In this document: positions 22,765-30,054 of the stretch, one piece after another | Layout: each line of letters starts with the position of its first letter | How positions within the stretch are numbered: position 1 is the stretch's first letter | Made by a program: the position numbers and the translations under genes | The notes under the pieces: model-generated | The model's input: the letters and a program-made list of their open reading frames with translations, nothing else | What the model was told of the DNA's origin: nothing | Database searches by the model: none | Source: Patescibacteria group bacterium | GTDB lineage: Bacteria; Patescibacteriota; JABMPQ01; JAQVVF01 | Reading direction: 5' to 3' | NCBI GenBank assembly: GCA_028699085.1 | Contig: JAQVVF010000003.1 | Coordinates: forward strand, 25,721-89,720 | DNA: 64,000 nt

Positions 22765-24618
22765 TTATCCTAATATTTCGAACCTCTCCCCGCCTTCAGA
22801 AATATTTTCCGCTCTCAAAACAAAATCTTCCAATATTTCATGTACTAGTTTATCACATTTTGATCTTATCTCATCGTATTCCTTTTCTGATTTTTCTTCG
22901 CCTACTTCCATCCCAGAAGCTGCATAAAACTTAATTTTTGGCTCAGTTCCAGATGGCCTGACCACTACCCTAATTGTCTTTTCTTTATTCAAATAAAATA
23001 TTAAAGCATTATCTGGAAAACCTATATATTTTCCTACAACTTTATTTGTTTTTGGATCAATAAATTTTTTATTTAATTGATCCAAAACTGTAAAAACTTC
23101 TTTGCCTGCAACTTTTGTCGGCAATTTTTCACGCATTTTATCCATAATTTTTTTCATCTTATCCATTCCGTCCATACCTTTATAAAAAACAGCTTGCAAC
23201 AATTCACGATAATAACCATATTTTTTCTTAATAATCTCTAGTTGCTCAAACAAAGTTTTATTTTCTATTTTTAATAAGGCTGCATATTCACAAATTAATA
23301 ATGCTGCAATTGCCCCATCTTTATCCCGAGCATAATCGCCATACAAATAACCATGGCTTTCCTCCGCTCCAAACAAAAATTTATTGCCAGAAAGTCTAGT
23401 ATCAATGGCATTACCAATATATTTAAATCCAACTGGCAGATCAGTAATCACTTTACAGCCATTATCAACCGCAATTTTTGTTAACAAATCAGTTGTTACA
23501 GCAGTCTTGATTACCATCGTCTTTTTCAAATCAATTTTCTTACTTTGCATTTTAGTAATATAATCCAAAAGCAAAACGCCAATCTGATTTCCATTCAAAA
23601 ATACATATTCTTGTTTTTTAATATTCTTTGGACTTACCACGCCAATTCTATCAGCATCAGGATCAGCTGCTACTAATACATCAACTTTGTCTTTTTTAGC
23701 TTGTTTAGTTGCAATTTCTAAAGAAATTGGCACTTCTGGATTTGGAATTTGTTTTGCCACGCCTTTAAAATCTGGATCAAATGGCATTTGACTTTTCACA
23801 GTTTCTACTTTTTTAAAGCCAACATTTTTTAAAACCGGTAAAAAAGAAGTACTTGCACAACCATTCAAAGGAGTAAATAAAATATGCGCATCTCGATAAT
23901 TTCCTAATGATAACTTGCTGACAGTATTAACAAAATCATTATCTAATTTCTTACCTAAAATTTTTATTTTACCTATTTTTTTAGCTTCTTTGAAATTAAT
24001 CGTCTTAATCTCCTTTACCGCCATCACTTCTTTAATGATGTTTTTATCATGAGGTGACACAATCTGTCCGCCATTATCAAAATAGACTTTAATACCATTA
24101 TCAGAAGGAGGATTATGGCTAGCGCTAATCATAGCCCCGCCAATTGCTTTCATTTTTCTAATCGTAAAAGAAATTTGCGGAGTTGACCTAACTCCGTCAT
24201 AAAAATAAACTTTAAATCCATTACCAGCAAAAACAGATGCTGCTGTCTCGGCAAACAAACGCGAATTATGACGAATATCATACGTCACTACGATTCCTTG
24301 CTTACAAGATTTTATACCAAAACATTTTTTCAAATATTGAACAAAACCTTGAGCTGATTCAGAAATTGTTCGAATATTAATTCTGTTAGAACCAACCCCC
24401 ATCATTCCTCTTCTCCCTCCAGTACCAAACGGAATAACCTGAAAAAAAGCATTATTTAAATCTTCTATTTTTTCTTTATTAATCAAAGATTCAATTTCAA
24501 CCCAAAAATTACTACATTCATCGCTTTCTAGCCAAATCTTGATATTTTTAAAAGCAGAAGGAACTAAACCTTTTTTCTTTAAACTAATTAGCTTAGCAAT
24601 CATTTCAGTTTTTTTCAT
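22765..24618 (-). CDS. Phosphoglucomutase/phosphomannomutase
   Basis: FGTGGRRG, SASHNP, DPDADR, GAEESHG, RPSGTEPKIK. Confidence 0.96.
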   Translation of the reverse strand: MKKTEMIAKLISLKKKGLVPSAFKNIKIWLESDECSNFWVEIESLINKEKIEDLNNAFFQVIPFGTGGRRGMMGVGSNRINIRTISESAQGFVQYLKKCFGIKSCKQGIVVTYDIRHNSRLFAETAASVFAGNGFKVYFYDGVRSTPQISFTIRKMKAIGGAMISASHNPPSDNGIKVYFDNGGQIVSPHDKNIIKEVMAVKEIKTINFKEAKKIGKIKILGKKLDNDFVNTVSKLSLGNYRDAHILFTPLNGCASTSFLPVLKNVGFKKVETVKSQMPFDPDFKGVAKQIPNPEVPISLEIATKQAKKDKVDVLVAADPDADRIGVVSPKNIKKQEYVFLNGNQIGVLLLDYITKMQSKKIDLKKTMVIKTAVTTDLLTKIAVDNGCKVITDLPVGFKYIGNAIDTRLSGNKFLFGAEESHGYLYGDYARDKDGAIAALLICEYAALLKIENKTLFEQLEIIKKKYGYYRELLQAVFYKGMDGMDKMKKIMDKMREKLPTKVAGKEVFTVLDQLNKKFIDPKTNKVVGKYIGFPDNALIFYLNKEKTIRVVVRPSGTEPKIKFYAASGMEVGEEKSEKEYDEIRSKCDKLVHEILEDFVLRAENISEGGERFEILG

Positions 24619-24683
24619 ATTTATTTTTAATTATTTTTTATATTAATAAAAAAATGCCGAAGCTTCCTTCGACATTATATTTA

Positions 24684-24899
24684 TTATCTTACAAAAGTAA
24701 GCAATCCCAATACTCTTGCTCTTTTAATTGCTTTAGCAACCATTCTTTGGTGTCTTGCGCAATTTCCTGATCTTCTAGTTGAAGCAATCTTTGAATAAGG
24801 AGTCAAAAATCTTTTCAAAAAATTAATGTCTCGATAATTGATTGTTTCAATTTTTTCCGCACAGAGCATACACGGTTTTCTAAAAATAGTCTCTGCCAT
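24684..24899 (-). CDS. rpsR: 30S ribosomal protein S18 (Zn-binding form)
   Basis: CMLC..INYRD..GNCARHQR..AIKRAR. Confidence 0.97.
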   Translation of the reverse strand: MAETIFRKPCMLCAEKIETINYRDINFLKRFLTPYSKIASTRRSGNCARHQRMVAKAIKRARVLGLLTFVR

Positions 24900-24925
24900 A
24901 AATAAAATATTATGAATTAAATAAT

Positions 24926-25537
24926 CTAAAATGGAATATCCTCAACTTTAATTTCCTCATCTTTCTTAACGGCTGTTACTGGATTTGGCATTGCCTGCGA
25001 TGCTCCATCGTCTGCTGGCATAGCCGTCGGCATTACAGAATTAGCTGGCTCCTCTAATGATATCGATGGTAAACTTTCTGCTGACTTGGAAACGGCGCCA
25101 AAACTTTCAGAATTTTGGTTAACTGGCCTAACTGCAGGCTGCACTTGTGGTTGAGCTTGCACTGGATTCTGATTAACAAAATTTCCTGTACTTGCAGGCT
25201 GACTCATACCTCTTGAATCAAGCATAATCATATTTTCTGCAACTATTTCTGTTCTGTTGCGTCTTACACCATCTTGCCCAATCCAATCGCGAGTTTGGAT
25301 TCTGCCTTCGATATAAACTTTTTTGCCTTTTGTTAAATATTGACTGCAGATATCAGCTAATTTTCTCCAAGTAACAATATTATGATATTCAACTTTTTCT
25401 TGTTTCTGTCCTGATGCATCTTTCCACATCAAGTTAGTTGCAATTCCGAATGTACAAACATTAGATCCTGAAGGAATAGTTCTTGTTTCTGGATCACGGG
25501 TCAATCTTCCAATGATCATTGCTTTGTTCAAATCCAT
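24926..25537 (-). CDS. ssb: Single-stranded DNA-binding protein
   Basis: LNKAMIIGRLTRDPE, OB fold, acidic EDIPF tail. Confidence 0.98.
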   Translation of the reverse strand: MDLNKAMIIGRLTRDPETRTIPSGSNVCTFGIATNLMWKDASGQKQEKVEYHNIVTWRKLADICSQYLTKGKKVYIEGRIQTRDWIGQDGVRRNRTEIVAENMIMLDSRGMSQPASTGNFVNQNPVQAQPQVQPAVRPVNQNSESFGAVSKSAESLPSISLEEPANSVMPTAMPADDGASQAMPNPVTAVKKDEEIKVEDIPF

Positions 25538-25683
25538 AGTTTTTTAAAGCTCTACTCCTTATCCGCCAAAATCCCGAAAATTTCGGGAATCGGCAGAGTT
25601 CCCTAATGCTTAAGCTTATATAAGCTAAGGGCAAGGATGAACTCACAATTATTTATTTTTATTAAAGACATTCTCTTAAAAAA

Positions 25684-26229
25684 TTAATCAACGATATCTT
25701 CTTCCAATATCTTATCCAATTTCTTATCCAAATCTGTTTCCTTTTCTTCCTTTTTCTTCAAAACTGGTTTTTTTTCTTCTATCTCTTCTTTTTCTTCTTT
25801 GACTTCTTCTTTCGCAACCTCAGTTTTTTCTTCAATCTCTGATGCCTTTTCTTCAATTTTTTGTGCTTTTGTGGTTATAACCTTCTCATCTTTAATTTCT
25901 TCTTCTCCCTCAGCCTTTTCTTTGTGTTCTGCCTCTAATTTAACATCTTTTTCTTGTTTTGTTACCAATAATCTAACAACATCCATTTCATCAGCAACTT
26001 GATATCTAATCTTTTTTATCTTTATTGGATCAGCTTCAATTTTAGCAATAAAATAATATCCTTGGCTAAAATGTTTTATTTGATAAGCCAAATCTTTCAT
26101 TCCTAAAAAATTTGAATCCAAAACTTTTGCGTCATACTTTTCTAAAATCTTTCCTAACTCTTGAGCCTTTTTTTCGGCTTGTTCATCAGTCATTTTAGGA
26201 GACAAGAACATTGATAATTCGTACTTCAT
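25684..26229 (-). CDS. rpsF: 30S ribosomal protein S6 with long acidic tail
   Basis: MKYEL, GMKDLAYQIK..GYY; rpsF-ssb-rpsR order. Confidence 0.95.
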   Translation of the reverse strand: MKYELSMFLSPKMTDEQAEKKAQELGKILEKYDAKVLDSNFLGMKDLAYQIKHFSQGYYFIAKIEADPIKIKKIRYQVADEMDVVRLLVTKQEKDVKLEAEHKEKAEGEEEIKDEKVITTKAQKIEEKASEIEEKTEVAKEEVKEEKEEIEEKKPVLKKKEEKETDLDKKLDKILEEDIVD

Positions 26230-26430
26230 AAATGTATTAAATTTAAAAATTTGTATTTCTTATCTTATCACAAAAATCTAAATAATGCAAGGAAATTCAT
26301 AACTTTTTTATCTATCCATTAATCAACACTTTTAAAAGCAAAATTAATTAATACTTTGCCTAAAATAAGCCATTTTATTATTTAGCAAAAAAGTCCTTCA
26401 ATAGACGAAGGACAAAAAATAAAGAACAAG

Positions 26431-27183
26431 CTAATCGCTCGAGAATGGAGTGCATTTTGGCTTTGCTTTAACAATTCTATCAACAATACTACTTCTTTTT
26501 ATCTCATCAATCCTTTCTTGACCTTTGCTCCAAACATACACTTTCATCTTACTTATCCTATCGAATCCATTAATTGAAACATCAGATCTAAAAATCAACT
26601 TATATTTTTTATCATCTAAAACAATTTCAAATGAAACAGTGCAAAAATAATCTCGACCTTTACAAGCTACATCAACACGTTTATTCCAATTTGAATTACA
26701 CTTATATCTCATTTGCGACAATTCTTCTATCCATCGCATTTCTTCTGGATCAAATAATTTATCATTCATAACAAAAAACTCTCTCCAATAATCATTTCTA
26801 ATCTTTTTCTTTTCTTTTTGTTTTATAACCTTTTTATCTAAAACAGCAACTTGTTCTTCCTGTTTTTGCAAATCAACATCAGACATCAACAAAACCACAC
26901 CTAGATCATCTGCAATACCAATATCATGTTCATCATAACTAAAGATTTTTTGCCCTGCATCAATATTAAAACCTTTTTGCTGATTGCTAAAATCAACGCT
27001 AAACAAAAACAACATTGACAAACAAATCAACAATGGACTTCCAATAAATATTTTCTGAAATTGAAAATTTATAATTTTGTGTTTCAATTTAGAAATTTGA
27101 GAATTAGATAACTCTCTTGCTATCGGAATAAAATTATTAATTACAACTTTTAACAATTCAATTGCGTTCTTTATTCTCGACAT
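26431..27183 (-). CDS. Orphan membrane-anchored hypothetical protein
   Basis: SD AAGGAGG before ATG 27183 (MSRIKNAIE); one TM. Confidence 0.65.
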   Translation of the reverse strand: MSRIKNAIELLKVVINNFIPIARELSNSQISKLKHKIINFQFQKIFIGSPLLICLSMLFLFSVDFSNQQKGFNIDAGQKIFSYDEHDIGIADDLGVVLLMSDVDLQKQEEQVAVLDKKVIKQKEKKKIRNDYWREFFVMNDKLFDPEEMRWIEELSQMRYKCNSNWNKRVDVACKGRDYFCTVSFEIVLDDKKYKLIFRSDVSINGFDRISKMKVYVWSKGQERIDEIKRSSIVDRIVKAKPKCTPFSSD

Positions 27184-27200
27184 TTCTGCTCCTCCTTTTT

Positions 27201-27785
27201 TCAAAGAACGTTCTTTTGCTTTATACAAATCTTATTATTGACAGAAATATTATTTCTATCACAATGCCAATTTTGCGAATTTAAAATTATGTATGAACGA
27301 ATAGAATCTAACGATTTTTCATTACGAATGACATGATCATAATATCGTGATTGCCAAGCAAAATCACAATTATTCTTTAAAATTTCAATTGTGCAAATAC
27401 GTTTATATTGATTTATAATCAAGCCCAAACATCCAGATTTCCATTTTTTTATAGACGTAGAGACGCCCAACTTGGGCGTCTCTACGCAATCATTAAAATT
27501 ACTATTTTTATTTATAATCAAAATTCCATGAATATGATTAGGCATTACTATAAAATTATCTAAATGAACACCAGAAAAATGCTTTGGAATTTCATGCCAA
27601 AATTTCCTAACAATTTTTCCAATCTCTGACAGATAGATTTTACCGTCAACAACATTACCAAAATATTGTATACGATTCTGCGTACAGATCGTAATAAAAT
27701 AAGCGCCATCTGAAGAATAATCAAAATCTTTCAAACGTGCGCTTTGAATTCTATATCTGTTTAAAAATTTATGCCCTCCATTCAT
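27201..27785 (-). mobile_element. HUH Y1 transposase, REP-associated (RAYT/TnpA-REP-like)
   Basis: YFITICT, VMPNHIHGI (HUH), WQSRYYDHVIRN..IRSYI. Confidence 0.9.
27456..27486. repeat. GTAG-type REP-like palindrome inside the transposase gene
   Basis: CGTAGAGACGCCCAA-C-TTGGGCGTCTCTACG, perfect 15-bp arms. Confidence 0.85.
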
Positions 27786-27902
27786 AAATTTTATATTTTA
27801 TTATATAAATTATATTATTTTAATAAATTTATGTCGAGAAAGAATGTCTTCTCTTGCAAAAAACCTGATTTCAGCCTATAATTAAGCCTGATAATTATTT
27901 TT

Positions 27903-28961
27903 ATGAAAGTCGGAATCGTTGGTCTTCCAAACGTTGGCAAGTCAACACTTTTCAACGCTTTGACCAAAAAACAAGTTGATGCTTCTAACTATCCTTTTTG
28001 CACAATCGACCCAAATGTCGGAATTGTTAGCGTGCCTGATGAAAGAATTGATCAATTAGTAAAAATTGATCATCCAGCAAAAATAGTTCCTGCTGTTGTT
28101 GAATTTGTTGATATCGCTGGCTTGGTTCGTGGTGCTCATAAAGGTGAAGGACTAGGTAACAAATTTTTAACTCACATCAAAGAGGTTGATGCAATTGTTC
28201 ATGTTTTAAGGAATTTTACTGACAAAAATGTTACTCATGTTCACGGAAAAATTGATCCTAAAGAAGATGCTGATACTGTTGAGTTAGAACTAATTTTAGC
28301 TGACTTAGATCTTGTCACAAAATTACACGAACAAGCAAAAAGAAATTCAAAATCAGGCGACAAAGAAATAATTGCAAGAGCTTCTGCATTAGAAAAAATA
28401 AAAAATGCTTTAGAAAAAAATCAATTAGCCAGGACTGTTGAATTAGAAAAAGATGAAAAAAATTCAATTCGCGATGTTCAACTTTTGACTACCAAACCAA
28501 TTCTCTATGTTTTAAATATCGATGAAAACGAGATTGGTAAAAAAATAAATTGTCCGAAACAACCATGCATTCCAATTGCTGCCAAAATTGAATCTGAACT
28601 GGTTCAATTATCACCAGAAGAAGTCAAAGAATACTTGCAAGAATATAATCTAAAAGAAACAAGCCTAAACAAATTTATTAAAGCTTCCTACAACCTTTTA
28701 GGCTTAATTACTTTTTTCACTTCAGGCCAAACTGAAACTCACGCTTGGACAATTAAAAATGGCAGTAATGCACAACAAGCAGCTAGCAGAATCCATACCG
28801 ATTTTTATAACAAATTTATTCGCGCTGAAATTATTTCATTTAACGATTACATCACATCAGGCGGAGAAACAAAAGCCAAAGAAAAAGGCAAAATGCGCGT
28901 TGAAGGCAAAGAATACATTATTAAAGATGGAGACGTTGCTTATTTTAGAATTGGACAATGA
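27903..28961 (+). CDS. ychF: Ribosome-binding ATPase YchF
   Basis: GIVGLPNVGKSTLFNALT, NYPFCTIDPN, DIAGLVRGAHKGEGLGNKFL. Confidence 0.99.
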   Translation: MKVGIVGLPNVGKSTLFNALTKKQVDASNYPFCTIDPNVGIVSVPDERIDQLVKIDHPAKIVPAVVEFVDIAGLVRGAHKGEGLGNKFLTHIKEVDAIVHVLRNFTDKNVTHVHGKIDPKEDADTVELELILADLDLVTKLHEQAKRNSKSGDKEIIARASALEKIKNALEKNQLARTVELEKDEKNSIRDVQLLTTKPILYVLNIDENEIGKKINCPKQPCIPIAAKIESELVQLSPEEVKEYLQEYNLKETSLNKFIKASYNLLGLITFFTSGQTETHAWTIKNGSNAQQAASRIHTDFYNKFIRAEIISFNDYITSGGETKAKEKGKMRVEGKEYIIKDGDVAYFRIGQ

Positions 28962-29066
28962 TAATTAAAAATGAAAATATCACAGTTTAAAATGACAATG
29001 TAAAATTAAAAATTTTAAACTTTTAATTGTCATTTTACATTTTGATTTTTACATTTTAATTTTATT
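28962..29066. repeat. Inverted-repeat element built of 7-nt units
   Basis: aaaatgacaatgtaaaattaaaa ... ttttaattgtcattttacattttgattttt. Confidence 0.75.
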
Positions 29067-29069
29067 ATT

Positions 29070-29627
29070 ATGCTATCAATGAACGACCTGAAGTTTGGAA
29101 CAATTATCGATTATGAAGATCAACCTTATGAAGTTCTATCAAAAGAATTTGTTAAAAATGCTCAAAGACGTCCAGTTATGTTTACAAAATTAAAAAACCT
29201 GATTTCTGGAAAAATTATTGAACATTCTTTCCAACAAAGTGATCGTTTAAAAGAATCAGATGTTGTTAGAAAAGATGCTCAATACATGTACGAAGATAAC
29301 GGAAATTACAATTTCATGGATAGCGAAAATTACGAACAATTCTCTTTATCTAAAGATATTTTAGGATCAAAAACAGATTTTCTTCTTGAAGATAATACAG
29401 TCAAAATTGTTTATTATAACAATGATCCAATCAACATTGAATTACCAATCAAAATGGATTTCAAAATAATTGAAACGGCTCCTGGTGTTAAAGGAAATTC
29501 TGCTACTAACGCTATGAAAGAAGCAACAATTCAGACTGGCAAGAAAATTCAAGTTCCACTTTTTGTTAAAGAAGGAGATTCTATTACAATTGACACTCGA
29601 ACTTCAGAATATTTAGAAAGAGTCTAA
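29070..29627 (+). CDS. efp: Elongation factor P
   Basis: YNFMDSENYEQ, ETAPGVKGNSA, VPLFVKEGD..DTRTSEYLER. Confidence 0.97.
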   Translation: MLSMNDLKFGTIIDYEDQPYEVLSKEFVKNAQRRPVMFTKLKNLISGKIIEHSFQQSDRLKESDVVRKDAQYMYEDNGNYNFMDSENYEQFSLSKDILGSKTDFLLEDNTVKIVYYNNDPINIELPIKMDFKIIETAPGVKGNSATNAMKEATIQTGKKIQVPLFVKEGDSITIDTRTSEYLERV

Positions 29628-29712
29628 ATTCGCTGACGAAAGTTTCCTGACTTTCGACACGCAAAATACATCAGCATAAAAAAATCAGAGACTTTCTTAA
29701 GCACAAAAACAC

Positions 29713-29738
29713 AAAAAACGAGCTTCAACGCTCGTTTT
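29713..29738. terminator. Bidirectional intrinsic terminator
   Basis: AAAAAACGAGC-TTCAAC-GCTCGTTTT. Confidence 0.75.
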
Positions 29739-29749
29739 ATATTTTAATA

Positions 29750-29887
29750 TTACTTTAAACCCATTGAACCTTTTCTTTTTCGTCCATGCAATTTTGGCGG
29801 TCTGCCTGGTTTTCTCTTTTGTTGCCCTTTTAAAATTGAAGTTGTAACCAAATTTTTTGCTTTTGGCGATCGTCCTCTTTGTGCCAT
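29750..29887 (-). other. 45-aa mini-ORF duplicating the ftsK 5' end (small protein or gene stub)
   Basis: MAQRGRSPKAKNLVTTSILKGQQKRKPGRPPKLHGRKRKGSMGLK*; 6 nt differences from ftsK 37191-37319 over 43 codons. Confidence 0.85.
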
Positions 29888-29916
29888 TTATTTATATTTA
29901 TTTTCTGTTTTTCACT

Positions 29917-29944
29917 GTAGGGACACAATATATTGTGTCCCTAC
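29917..29944. repeat. GTAG-type REP-like palindrome
   Basis: GTAGGGACACAATA-TATTGTGTCCCTAC, perfect 28-bp palindrome. Confidence 0.85.
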
Positions 29945-30054
29945 CATAAAATTTCCTAACAAATAGGTTACTTTAATTATACTATAAATAAAGTTTTGCA
30001 ACAATAAAAAAAGACAAGCTGTTTTTTGCTCGTCTTTAAATTAACCAAATGTTA

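Noticed and set aside
25684-25960. Long Glu/Lys-rich tail on ribosomal protein S6
   Set aside because: Acidic S6 tails of variable length are common.
29632-29676. CTGACGA plus hairpin after efp as a hammerhead ribozyme
   Set aside because: The required GAAA after stem II is absent; only a simple stem-loop is supported.
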